Positions 22,236 to 30,780 of a DNA stretch of 64,000 nt are shown piece by piece. How positions within the stretch are numbered: the first letter of the stretch is position 1; the number at the start of each line of letters is the position of its first letter. Below the pieces are notes generated by a model, which did not search any database, was not told the origin of the DNA, and saw nothing but the letters and a program-made list of their open reading frames with translations. The stretch is from Gemmatimonadales bacterium (GTDB lineage Bacteria; Gemmatimonadota; Gemmatimonadetes; Gemmatimonadales; GWC2-71-9), in NCBI GenBank assembly GCA_035259785.1, contig DATFVZ010000235.1, forward strand, positions 2,461-66,460, read 5' to 3'. The position numbers and the translations under genes are program-made.

Positions 22236-22885
22236 GGCGCGGTTCGCCCCTTGCCGAGAATCCGAGCCCCGATCGCCAGCGACAAGCGATGCACCAGCTG
22301 CGCAGACGTGAAGCCGTCGGCATGCAGCGCCGGAGTCGAAAACCGATGCACGTCATAGCGGAGCGACACGCCGAAGTCGTGGGCTGGCCCTCCCAGCATG
22401 GCAGGAGACCAGTAGAGACCGGCCGTTCCCACAGCCCAGAGTCCGGAGCCGCCTCGGAACATTCCGGTTTCATCTGCGGGTAGATACTTGATCGCACCGA
22501 TGCCCACGCGTGCCGCCAGGCCGGGACCGACTTCACGCCGCGCCCCGACCGTGAACGCGATCACCGTCACGGAGTTGAATTTGGCTGCCTCACCGCTCTC
22601 GTGGCGCTGTAATGCTGCCCATGAGACGTCGAGAGCAGCTTCGGGCGTCCAGGGGCCGTTCGTGCCCTCGCCGATGCTCAGCGCGAGCGCCGGTGCGATA
22701 GCGGGCTTTGCATCGACAGGGACAACGATCGAGTCGTGCACGAGAGCCGTGGTATAACGAGCGCCAACGGTCGCATGAACGGAAACCTGGGCACACAGTC
22801 GGACGGTCGGACTGAGGGACAGTAAAACAGCGACTAGGGCGCCTATCAGTCCGACTGTCCGACCGTCGGACTGTCCGACGCTCAA
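22232..22885 (-). CDS. Small outer-membrane beta-barrel protein (about 217 aa)
   Basis: Signal peptide (..GLIGALVAVLLSLSPTVRLCAQ) followed by alternating hydrophobic beta-strand pattern. TTG start at 22885 overlaps the ZnuB-like stop (TTGA). The 510-aa track ORF is a chimera running through the permease gene in another frame. Confidence 0.65.
   Translation of the reverse strand: MSVGQSDGRTVGLIGALVAVLLSLSPTVRLCAQVSVHATVGARYTTALVHDSIVVPVDAKPAIAPALALSIGEGTNGPWTPEAALDVSWAALQRHESGEAAKFNSVTVIAFTVGARREVGPGLAARVGIGAIKYLPADETGMFRGGSGLWAVGTAGLYWSPAMLGGPAHDFGVSLRYDVHRFSTPALHADGFTSAQLVHRLSLAIGARILGKGRTAP
22798..22880. repeat. Inverted arrays of 8-nt-period units (GTCGGAC x2 ... GTCCGAC, GTCCGAC, GTCGGAC, GTCCGAC) inside signal-peptide coding sequence
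   Basis: Read directly. 22798-22812 is the reverse complement of 22849-22863 except for the spacer base. 22857-22871 is a perfect palindrome. The 36-nt loop encodes the hydrophobic core. Confidence 0.8.
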
Positions 22886-23745
22886 GACACCACCGCTTTG
22901 TCGCGCGCGCCGAGCTTCCGCAGCACCGCCGCCCCGATGAGCAGCAGGCCGTACATGCATACGACGAGCGGTCCGGTGGGCAGGTCCTTGGTATAGGAGA
23001 GCCACAGCCCGAGTATCGATGCGAGCGCTCCAGAGCTCCACGAAATGAGCGTGAGTTTCCGTTTGTCCGTAGTAAACAGGTTCGCGATAACGGCCGGAAC
23101 GACCAGGAAGCTGAAGACCATCAGGACCCCGGCGATCGGTACGGCGAACGTAATCACCACACCAAACGAGAGGTAAAAGAGAAAGTCCCACAAGCGGATT
23201 TTCCAGCCTTGTGCTTCCGCCTGTTCCGGATGGAAGGAGATTGTGAGGAACCGGCGCCGCAGCGCAAACTGAAAAAGGCCCAGCGCGGCGTACGCGATCG
23301 CCAGTTTGCCAATCGTGGGCCACGTGACCCAGAGGAGGCTGCCCACGAGGGTCTTTTCCACCGCCTCGCCGCCGCCCGGTACCTTGTTGGCCACCAACAC
23401 CGCGGCTGCGGACGCAACGACGTACACGATGCCGATGAACGCTTCTTGGGGCACGCGCCCCGCTCCGCCCGCTCCGACACTCCCGCCGTGAACCGAGGTG
23501 CGCGTGAGGGCGAACAGGAACGCGCCAATCGCCGTCGCCAGGAGCGCGAACGTATACGTCATGCCGGATTCCGGCGAAACCCGGAACAGGAGTGCGGACA
23601 AGCTGCCGAGCGCGGCCATCTGTGCGAGCGAAAGGTCCACGAAGATCACTTCGCGCGCGATCACGTGGAGCCCCAGATACGACAACATGGCTACCAGGAT
23701 CATGGAGGCAACGAAGGGGGGCAGCATCAACTCCAGGCCGCTCAC
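22882..23745 (-). CDS. Metal ABC transporter permease (ZnuB/TroCD family)
   Basis: 287 aa, about 8 TM helices, typical family sequence (FLGLHVIAREVIFVDLSLAQMAALG). GTGA overlap with the binding-protein stop. Confidence 0.88.
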   Translation of the reverse strand: MSGLELMLPPFVASMILVAMLSYLGLHVIAREVIFVDLSLAQMAALGSLSALLFRVSPESGMTYTFALLATAIGAFLFALTRTSVHGGSVGAGGAGRVPQEAFIGIVYVVASAAAVLVANKVPGGGEAVEKTLVGSLLWVTWPTIGKLAIAYAALGLFQFALRRRFLTISFHPEQAEAQGWKIRLWDFLFYLSFGVVITFAVPIAGVLMVFSFLVVPAVIANLFTTDKRKLTLISWSSGALASILGLWLSYTKDLPTGPLVVCMYGLLLIGAAVLRKLGARDKAVVS

Positions 23746-24782
23746 GGAACCTCCTTCGCCCCAAAAGCCTGAGCCAGCTCGGTGACCCAGAGATTCACCA
23801 GATCGATGTAGGTGTTCACGCCTGCCTGGCCTCCGGTGTTGGAGGGTACGATGACCGCCTTGGCATTTGTTTTCTGCGCGACATCCTGGACCTGGCTGCG
23901 ATCATAGTAGTTGGTCGACAACAACACCTGAATGTGTTGATCGCGCATGGCAGTGATGATTTCCTGCACGTGGCGCGGCGTCGGTGGGATCCCGGGTTTC
24001 GGCTCAATGTAGTCGAAGCAGCTCACCTGGAATTCGCGCGAGAAGTAGTCCCACTCCTTGTGATAGCAAGCGACGACCTTGCCGCGGAACGGCATCCCCT
24101 GTTTGAGCCAGCCACCGAGTCGATTCGTGAGTGGCGCACCCTGGTATTGCTGCTGGCCGAGAAACGTAAAGAGCTTTCCCTGACGGTCGAGGTCAGCCAG
24201 CGCCTCGCCACCCAGCAGCGTGACCAGATCATCGCCGAACAACGCGCGGTAGACGCGATTCTCAAAATCCTTTTCCCGTGCGGCGAAGTAATCGCCGTCC
24301 TGTGGTGCGACCCGCTTCAAGCCGCGCAGGATGTTGCGCGCGATCAGTACCGCGTTGAGCGGGTCGGTCCAGATATGCGGATTGCCATACACGTGAATGT
24401 CGCCCTGCGAGCGCGACACGTTGGCCGGGATGTCCAGGAGATTCAACCCCTGAAAGGCCGCGACGTATCCAGGGCTCCCTTCGTTGATCTTCGGATTGTT
24501 CGCCTTGTCGAGCAGGGCAGGCACCCAGAGCTCGAGGTCGAGCCCCGTGGTCACGAAGAGATCCGCCTGCGCCAGCGTCGGCACGAAGCTGGGCTTCGGT
24601 TGGACGTAGTGCGGATTCTCGTCTCCCACCGCGATGGAGCTGACTTTGCCGCGGTCTCCGACGATCTCGTTCGCGATCGCGGCATACGTGGTCAGCGAGG
24701 TCACGACCTTCACTGGTGCGGCCGGGGGTTGCGATTTCCCAGGACCAGCGAGCGCAAGCACTACGGCAATGATTGATAGCAT
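23742..24782 (-). CDS. Metal ABC transporter substrate-binding protein (ZnuA/TroA family)
   Basis: ZinT/TroA-like blocks (VVTSLTTYAAIANEIVGD, NPHYVQPKPS, DLFVTTGLDLE, GNPHIWTDP). I trimmed the start to ATG at 24782 (MLSIIAVVLALAG), 1 nt after the porin stop. Confidence 0.85.
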   Translation of the reverse strand: MLSIIAVVLALAGPGKSQPPAAPVKVVTSLTTYAAIANEIVGDRGKVSSIAVGDENPHYVQPKPSFVPTLAQADLFVTTGLDLELWVPALLDKANNPKINEGSPGYVAAFQGLNLLDIPANVSRSQGDIHVYGNPHIWTDPLNAVLIARNILRGLKRVAPQDGDYFAAREKDFENRVYRALFGDDLVTLLGGEALADLDRQGKLFTFLGQQQYQGAPLTNRLGGWLKQGMPFRGKVVACYHKEWDYFSREFQVSCFDYIEPKPGIPPTPRHVQEIITAMRDQHIQVLLSTNYYDRSQVQDVAQKTNAKAVIVPSNTGGQAGVNTYIDLVNLWVTELAQAFGAKEVP

Positions 24783-24783
24783 G

Positions 24784-26016
24784 TCAGTACGTCTCGTGTT
24801 TATGTGGTCCAATGGCCCAGACCGCTTGAATCGCGATCTGGTTGTCGGCATTCGCATCGCCGACTCGTTGCCACTGGTATTGGGCACGGAGGAACACCCA
24901 TTCACTCTGCCAGAAAGTGAGTGATGGAACGATTTGGCGGGTAATCAACCCAAAGTCTGGGGATTCGACGTAGTCGTAACGCGCGCCGAGGATGATCCGC
25001 TGATTCATCTTGTAGGTCGAGCTGATGTAGCCACCTAGCCGCGTCGGGCCTGCGCCGGCGATTTGCTTCCGGAGCCCGAGCAGCTCACCCCGAACGGTCC
25101 ATTCTTGGTACATCGCTCGTTGCGGGGGCCGCCACGTGAGCCGGAAGTCGAGCCCTCCCACCCCGGTCCGCATCGACGAATCCGGATTGGTGCCGTACAA
25201 CGCGCTCGCTCCGATCTGCATGTAAGTCGAGCGGCTCAGCTGCCAGAAATTGAGCAGGTGCCCGAGATAGGTCGGGCGCCCGCTATTGCCGAACAGTTCG
25301 GCGTCGCTGGAGCTGCTCGTGAGCTGGAGGGTCAACTCATGCGTGCCCAGTCCGCCGAATGCGCGATACAGTGACAACCCCGTGCCGGCAAGACCATCCT
25401 CACCCAGGTACGTCGTCAGTGCGAGGGGGTATTCGGTCTCCGGAAGGGCGTGCAGATGCCACCGGTTGAGCTCGCCAAACTGTTGGCGGTACTTGCCGAC
25501 GTCGAGCCGTATATGGCCCGGCAAGCCGGTCCAATACGCGTATCCTTCCTCAAGACCAATTGAACCGTCTTCGATACTGACGAAGATCTTGGTGTGCGAG
25601 TACGGATCGAGTGCCGACTGAAATCCGATCTCGAATTCTCTGGGCACGAAATTGTCGTACTGCGTGCCACCGTCCCTGATGTACCCGCGCACGTCGCCGG
25701 TTACGCCGATCTCCGGATTGAGCTGAGACTGACTGCGCTCACGCCCCACGGCCGGGGCCAAGGTGTCGGCCGCGGCGGTGGTATCGCGCGCGCCGGCGCC
25801 AGCCGCCTGGATCGCTGCGGCGCGCAGCCGGGCCAAATCGTCCGAGACCTGAGGCGCGGCGCCACGATTGGCAGCGAGCAAGCTGTCCACCTGGGCGCGT
25901 AACAGCCGGATTTGCGCAGCGAGCGAATCCAATTGCCGCTGCGAGGGTTGCTGCGCAGCGAGTCCACTAGTACAGCATGCGGCGGCAAGCAGCGCCGCCC
26001 TTATGAAGCGTATCAT
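24784..26016 (-). CDS. Outer-membrane porin-like beta-barrel with N-terminal coiled coil
   Basis: Signal peptide, then a heptad-like segment (QRQLDSLAAQIRLLRAQVDSLLAAN), a long amphipathic beta-strand region, and an aromatic C-terminus (..GPHKHETY). SD GGAGAGGA. Family not identified with confidence. Confidence 0.65.
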   Translation of the reverse strand: MIRFIRAALLAAACCTSGLAAQQPSQRQLDSLAAQIRLLRAQVDSLLAANRGAAPQVSDDLARLRAAAIQAAGAGARDTTAAADTLAPAVGRERSQSQLNPEIGVTGDVRGYIRDGGTQYDNFVPREFEIGFQSALDPYSHTKIFVSIEDGSIGLEEGYAYWTGLPGHIRLDVGKYRQQFGELNRWHLHALPETEYPLALTTYLGEDGLAGTGLSLYRAFGGLGTHELTLQLTSSSSDAELFGNSGRPTYLGHLLNFWQLSRSTYMQIGASALYGTNPDSSMRTGVGGLDFRLTWRPPQRAMYQEWTVRGELLGLRKQIAGAGPTRLGGYISSTYKMNQRIILGARYDYVESPDFGLITRQIVPSLTFWQSEWVFLRAQYQWQRVGDANADNQIAIQAVWAIGPHKHETY

Positions 26017-26043
26017 TTTCGATATCCTCTCCCGCCGAACCCA

Positions 26044-26061
26044 GGAGCGCCGAAGCGCTCC
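26044..26061 (-). other. Stable intercistronic hairpin, 7-bp GC-rich stem with a 4-nt loop
   Basis: The plus strand reads GGAGCGC-CGAA-GCGCTCC. In mRNA (minus) sense the loop is UUCG. It lies in the 74-nt gap between the small Cys/His ORF and the porin gene, with no following U-run. Confidence 0.6.
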
Positions 26062-26090
26062 GCCAGATTGCGAAGCGAACTACAACGACG

Positions 26091-26414
26091 TCAGGAGAGA
26101 ACCGTGGGTGGGGCTCGAGCAGGCGCCGTTAGCCTGTCGATCGAGTGAACCGAAGCGATCGGCTGCGCATGCGTAAAGCGCACCGCGGCAACCGGCATTT
26201 CGATCGTGAAGACCTGCTGGGTGACGACGCGGGCGCCGGCGTAGTGGCACAGCGCGCAGCGCTGCTCGTCATGGAGGATCGGACAGCGCGTGGTGTGACT
26301 CGCTTCGAGGCCCGGTTGTGTCACCACGACGTCGCGAGCGTGCGCGAGCGTGACGGCACCGCCGCCAAGCACCTGAATGGCCAGGAGAATCGCAAGCGTT
26401 ACGCGTTTCTGCAT
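26091..26414 (-). CDS. Small secreted Cys/His-motif protein (107 aa), unknown family
   Basis: Strong SD (AAGGAG, 5-nt spacing) overlapping the nfo stop. Signal peptide MQKRVTLAILLAIQVLGGGAVTLAHA. Motif H-x3-C-x3-H-x5-C-x2-C-H (SHTTRCPILHDEQRCALCHY). Confidence 0.6.
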   Translation of the reverse strand: MQKRVTLAILLAIQVLGGGAVTLAHARDVVVTQPGLEASHTTRCPILHDEQRCALCHYAGARVVTQQVFTIEMPVAAVRFTHAQPIASVHSIDRLTAPARAPPTVLS

Positions 26415-26422
26415 AGTCTCCT

Positions 26423-27289
26423 TTACCGGACTGTCACCGCGCGGTCGTTGTCACGGGCGTAGGCGCGCAGCCGCCGCAACATACGGCGGTCGTGCCGTAG
26501 CGGGTCATCCCGCTTGGGCGTCTCGATAATCATAACAATTCCTTTCAGCGCGGGGTCGCGCATGATGCGCCGAAAGGGCTCCGGCCCGATCCTGCCGTCG
26601 CCAATCCATTCGTGACGATCGACACGCGATCCGGCAGCCGCACGCGAGTCATTGAGATGCAAGCACTTAAGTAGTTCGAAGCCGATCACACGATCGAACT
26701 CTTCCCAGATTGCTTCGACACGTGTGAGATCGTATCCCACCGCGTGCAGGTGGGCTGTGTCGAGGCAAAATGCGACCCGCGTCCGGATATCGTCAGGCAG
26801 CGCATTGCGGAGGTCGCGGAGCTGCTCGAACGTCGCCCCGAGCGCGGTTCCCGAGCCGGCCGTGCCCTCAATCCACACCTGCAGGTCGCCCGGCACGGAG
26901 GCCAAACACTCGGCGTAGGCGCGGGCGTTGCGCTCCAATCCGGCATCCCGATCGTCCATGTAGTTGCCGGGATGTGATACGACGGCGTGCAACCCGAGCG
27001 TGCGCGATCGCTCCAGCTCGCTCTTGAAGCTCTGCATGCTTCGGGCGCGCAGGACGGGATCGGGGGAGGCCAGATTGATCAAGTAGCTATCGTGCGCGAC
27101 CACCGCTTGGAGCCGATGACGAGCCACTTCGGTGCGGAAGCGATCGACCATTGTCGTCCCGATCGCCGGCTCGCGCCACTGATTGGGCGTCTTGGTAAAC
27201 AGCTGTATGGCGCTGGCGCGCAGCGCCCGGCCACGCTGGGGGGCGGCTGCCACACCGCCTTGACTCGACACGTGCGCTCCGAGGATCAC
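26423..27289 (-). CDS. nfo: Deoxyribonuclease IV (AP endonuclease family 2)
   Basis: 288 aa. N-terminus ILGAHVSSQGG.., plus IQLFTKTPNQW, CLDTAHL and HLNDS motifs typical of Nfo. Confidence 0.93.
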   Translation of the reverse strand: MILGAHVSSQGGVAAAPQRGRALRASAIQLFTKTPNQWREPAIGTTMVDRFRTEVARHRLQAVVAHDSYLINLASPDPVLRARSMQSFKSELERSRTLGLHAVVSHPGNYMDDRDAGLERNARAYAECLASVPGDLQVWIEGTAGSGTALGATFEQLRDLRNALPDDIRTRVAFCLDTAHLHAVGYDLTRVEAIWEEFDRVIGFELLKCLHLNDSRAAAGSRVDRHEWIGDGRIGPEPFRRIMRDPALKGIVMIIETPKRDDPLRHDRRMLRRLRAYARDNDRAVTVR

Positions 27290-27963
27290 TGCTCTTCCGT
27301 GAACGCCAGACGGGAGATCAGAGGAACGAACCGCACGCCGCCCGCGTGACGGTGCGCGATGGCGCCACCATTCATCGGCCGCTCCAGAATGACCAACTCT
27401 TGTGAAGTTAGGTCACCCACCGGGATCACCAGCCGCCCTCCGGGCGCTAGTTGACCCACGAGAGGCTCGGGAATGCGCGGCGCGGCGGCCGCGACGATGA
27501 TGCCGTCAAAGGGTGCTGCGTCGGGCCATCCCGGCGCGCCGTCGCGCAGCTGCGACTCGATATTGTCGAGGCCGAGCCGGCGAAACCGCTCTTCCGCTTC
27601 GACCAGCAGATCGGGGAGCCGTTCGATCGTGAAGATCCTGCCGCCAGAGACGAGCCGTGCGAGCACGGCCGTCTGATAGCCGGAGCCCGTACCGATTTCG
27701 AGAATGCGATCCGCGCGTCGCGGTTGCAGCTCCTGCGTCATGAGCGCGACGACGTATGGCTGCGAAATTGTTTGACCGCTGCCAATCGGCAGCGGCGCGT
27801 CGCTGTAAGCGTCGCCCGCGAGATGCGGCGGCAGAAACCATTCACGTGGCACCCAGCGCATCGCCGCCAGCAGCCGCTGATTGCGGATGCCGCGGCCGGC
27901 GAGCTGCCGCATGACCATGCGCGTGCGGGCGTCGAACGTGTCCAAAGCGGGATGCGCGGGCAT
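27286..27963 (-). CDS. pcm: Protein-L-isoaspartate O-methyltransferase
   Basis: SAM motif ILEIGTGSGYQTAVLA, QTISQPYVVALM, and typical length of 225 aa. Confidence 0.93.
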   Translation of the reverse strand: MPAHPALDTFDARTRMVMRQLAGRGIRNQRLLAAMRWVPREWFLPPHLAGDAYSDAPLPIGSGQTISQPYVVALMTQELQPRRADRILEIGTGSGYQTAVLARLVSGGRIFTIERLPDLLVEAEERFRRLGLDNIESQLRDGAPGWPDAAPFDGIIVAAAAPRIPEPLVGQLAPGGRLVIPVGDLTSQELVILERPMNGGAIAHRHAGGVRFVPLISRLAFTEEQ

Positions 27964-28034
27964 GGGTGGAACTATAGCCTGGCCCTGCTCGCGCGCGCGA
28001 CGACTCCTTTGGTGGACCTAACAGTGCGCACTGT

Positions 28035-29144
28035 CTAGTCGAGCGTCTTGTGAAACCGCCGCACCGAAAGCGCAATCAGCACCAATGCGAAGGCCAGCAG
28101 GATCGCCATCTCCCGCCACAGCTCGGGCACGCCGACTCCTTTCAACAGAATGCCGCGCAGCACCTTGAGGAAATGCGTCAGCGGCAGGAATGCTCCGATC
28201 CATTGGAACACCGCGGGCATCGCCTGGCGGGGAAACATGAAGCCCGACAACAGGATGTTGGGCAAGACGAAAAAAAAGGCGGCCTGCATCGCTTGCTGCT
28301 GAGTCCGCACCAGCGTTGAGACGAACAAGCCCAGCGCCAGGCTCGCAACGATGAAGACGAAAGCGATCGCGTACAACAGCAGCACATTGCCGGTGAGAGG
28401 CACGTCGAACACGAACCTGCCAAGCAGCAGCACGGTCGTCATCTGCACCAGTCCAACCCCGACGTAGGGCGCGATTTTGCCGAGCATCAGCTCCGTGTTG
28501 GTAATGGGCGTGACGATGAGCTGTTCCAGCGTGCCGCGCTCGCGCTCGCGCACGATCGCCATCGCGGTCACGAGCACCAACGTGATGGTGAGAATCACGC
28601 CCACGAGCCCCGGCACGATGTAGTTTGGGCTGCGTAAACCGGGGTTGTAGCGTGGTCGCACCCGCGCTTCGAGCGGCAGCTCGCTTCGATGCGCCGCGGC
28701 AGACAGAATCTCGAGGTTGCGCATCTGCGCGACGCCTGCCGCGGCCGCGAGTGCGGCTTGGGATGACAGGGGATCGGACGCATCGACGATGACCTGGACC
28801 AGTGCGGTCGTGCCGCGGGCCAGATCGCGCGGAAAGTCATGCGGGATCGCGATCCCCGCCTGAGCGTCGCCCTTGGCGATCCATTCGTCGAGTGCCTCGC
28901 GGCCATCGACGTTCGCCACGATGCGAAAGTTGCCGGTATTTTCGAAGTCCGCGATCACGTCCCGGCTGGTCGGCGTGCGTGATTCATCGAAGACGACGGT
29001 GGGGATGTGACGCACGTCCGTCTGGATTGCGAATCCAAACAGCAGCAGCTGGATGACGGGGACCCCAACCATGATCCCCAGCGTGAGGCGGTCCCGGCGC
29101 ATCTGAATGAACTCCTTGCGAAACATCGGGACAAAGCGCCTCAC
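28035..29144 (-). CDS. ABC-2 type transporter permease
   Basis: 369 aa. An N-terminal TM helix, a large periplasmic loop and a C-terminal 5-TM ABC-2 core. 4-nt overlap with the ATPase gene. Confidence 0.85.
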   Translation of the reverse strand: MRRFVPMFRKEFIQMRRDRLTLGIMVGVPVIQLLLFGFAIQTDVRHIPTVVFDESRTPTSRDVIADFENTGNFRIVANVDGREALDEWIAKGDAQAGIAIPHDFPRDLARGTTALVQVIVDASDPLSSQAALAAAAGVAQMRNLEILSAAAHRSELPLEARVRPRYNPGLRSPNYIVPGLVGVILTITLVLVTAMAIVRERERGTLEQLIVTPITNTELMLGKIAPYVGVGLVQMTTVLLLGRFVFDVPLTGNVLLLYAIAFVFIVASLALGLFVSTLVRTQQQAMQAAFFFVLPNILLSGFMFPRQAMPAVFQWIGAFLPLTHFLKVLRGILLKGVGVPELWREMAILLAFALVLIALSVRRFHKTLD

Positions 29145-29887
29145 GCTCCCTGCTCCTGCTCGTCGCGCTCCTGCAGAATGATGAAGGCGTCCTCGAGATT
29201 GTGACCGCCGACCTGCCGGGCGACTTCGTCAGGCGTGCCCAACGCGATCAGATGGCCCTGGCTGAGCAACGCAACACGACCGCAGCGTGCCGCTTCGTCC
29301 ATGTAATGCGTCGTGACGATGACAGTCGTGCCCCTCTCGGCCAGTTGTTTGATGGTGCGCCAGAGGCCGCGGCGGGCAGCCGGGTCGACACCGGCTGTCG
29401 GCTCGTCCAGGAACAAGACCGTAGGTTGGTGAAGCAAAGCGCACGCCAGTCCCAGCCGCTGTTTCCAACCGCCTGACAGTGTACCCGCTAACTGGTTGAG
29501 CCGGCGGTCCAAACCAAGAAATGCAACGACGTCGGCGGTGCGACCGCGGCGGCTCGTGCCCTCCAACCCGTAGATCCCGCCGTAGAAATCCATGTTCTCG
29601 GCGACCGTAAGGTCCTCGTAGAGCCCAAAACGCTGGGACATGTAGCCGATCAGCGCTTTGATCCTGTCGGGCGATTCACGGACGTCCACGCCCGCGACGA
29701 TCGCCGTTCCCTCGGAGGGGGCGAGCAACCCGCACAGCATCCGGATGGTAGTGGTCTTGCCCGACCCGTTGGGCCCCAGCAGGCCAAAGACTTCCCCCTT
29801 CGCGATGCTGAGATTGAGATCACGCACGGCAACCATGGAACCAAAGCGGCGGGTGAGGTGGCGTGTTTCGACGGCGACGTCGGTCAC
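29141..29887 (-). CDS. ABC transporter ATP-binding protein
   Basis: Walker A GPNGSGKTT, signature LSGGWKQRL, Walker B LFLDEP. Confidence 0.95.
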   Translation of the reverse strand: MTDVAVETRHLTRRFGSMVAVRDLNLSIAKGEVFGLLGPNGSGKTTTIRMLCGLLAPSEGTAIVAGVDVRESPDRIKALIGYMSQRFGLYEDLTVAENMDFYGGIYGLEGTSRRGRTADVVAFLGLDRRLNQLAGTLSGGWKQRLGLACALLHQPTVLFLDEPTAGVDPAARRGLWRTIKQLAERGTTVIVTTHYMDEAARCGRVALLSQGHLIALGTPDEVARQVGGHNLEDAFIILQERDEQEQGA

Positions 29888-30780
29888 GGCAACAGCGGGA
29901 TCTCGACTCGAACCGGCATGCCGGCCTTCAAGCGTCCGGTGGTGTCGTCGATCGCGACCTTGATGCCGAACACCAGGTCCGCGCGCTCGCGCTCGGTCAG
30001 CGCCGCCCGCGGAGTGAACTCGGCGCGGGGCGCGATCTCGGTGATGTGTCCGGCGAAGGAAGCGTTGGAGTAACCGTCTGCGTGGATGCTCACCGTGAGA
30101 CCAGTCTTAAGCCGAGCGACGAACCGTTCGCCTACGTAGGCGCGAACCCAGGGCGCGTGCACCACTCCGATCGAAACCACGGGCACGCCCGCGGCGATCA
30201 TCTCGCCCCGTTCGGCGAAGCGTGTGAGCACGATGCCGTCCGATGGAGCGATCAACACCAGCTGATCGCGAATCGATTCCGTCACCTGAACAGCCGCCCT
30301 GGCAGCCTGCGATTCGCGGACCGCCGCGCGGACCGATTGCAGCCGGGCGGCCGCCGCTGCAGCGGCGCTCTGTGCGCGATCCAACTCCTGCGGTGAGGCG
30401 ATGCCCTGGGGTTGGAGGGCACGTGCGCGAGCCAGATCGTTCGCAGTGCGTGTGCTGTCCGCGATGGCGGCACGGATTTCCGCGGTGCGCTGCGCCGCCG
30501 CATCCGCCAGCGCGCGACTCTGTTCGATCCTCGCGTCGAGCCCCGGCTGGTCCAGCACCGCGACGGTATCGCCGGCGTGGACCGAATCGCCTTCATCTTT
30601 GAGCAGGCGCTTGAGCTGGCCGGACGAGAGGGGGCTGAGCCGGACTTCGCGGATCTCGACCGTCCCGGCGACGGAGAGGGTGGTGCTCGACCTCCCGCAG
30701 GCCGCCAACAGGGCGGCGGCTGCGAGCGCTAGCGCGGAATCGAGGGACGAGCGCCGCGAGGCTGAACGGGACGTAGCCAA
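29884..30780 (-). CDS. HlyD-family periplasmic adaptor (membrane fusion) lipoprotein
   Basis: Lipobox LLAAC, lipoyl-like hairpin plus a long Ala-rich coiled coil, and a C-terminal beta-barrel domain. TTG start overlaps the EnvC-like 3' end by 52 nt, so the start is uncertain. Confidence 0.8.
   Translation of the reverse strand: MATSRSASRRSSLDSALALAAAALLAACGRSSTTLSVAGTVEIREVRLSPLSSGQLKRLLKDEGDSVHAGDTVAVLDQPGLDARIEQSRALADAAAQRTAEIRAAIADSTRTANDLARARALQPQGIASPQELDRAQSAAAAAAARLQSVRAAVRESQAARAAVQVTESIRDQLVLIAPSDGIVLTRFAERGEMIAAGVPVVSIGVVHAPWVRAYVGERFVARLKTGLTVSIHADGYSNASFAGHITEIAPRAEFTPRAALTERERADLVFGIKVAIDDTTGRLKAGMPVRVEIPLLP

Noticed and set aside
22232-23764. A 510-aa ORF spanning the permease region, and similar over-long track ORFs: 30729-32372, 39728-42151, 9349-10461, 36025-37077, 36945-38069, 41881-43773, 58821-59849, 3696-4412, 4863-6008 and 34689-35282.
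   Set aside because: Their 5' parts run through the upstream gene in another frame and encode Arg/Pro-rich junk. Internal starts with an SD, a signal peptide or a stop/start overlap give products that match family N-termini, so these ORFs were trimmed rather than reported at full length.
28035-30780. The HlyD-ABC ATPase-ABC-2 permease trio next to FtsEX-EnvC, considered as a novel secretion or defence module.
   Set aside because: The architecture is the common YbhG/YbhF/YbhS-type efflux arrangement with standard motifs. Nothing beyond adjacency suggests a new function.
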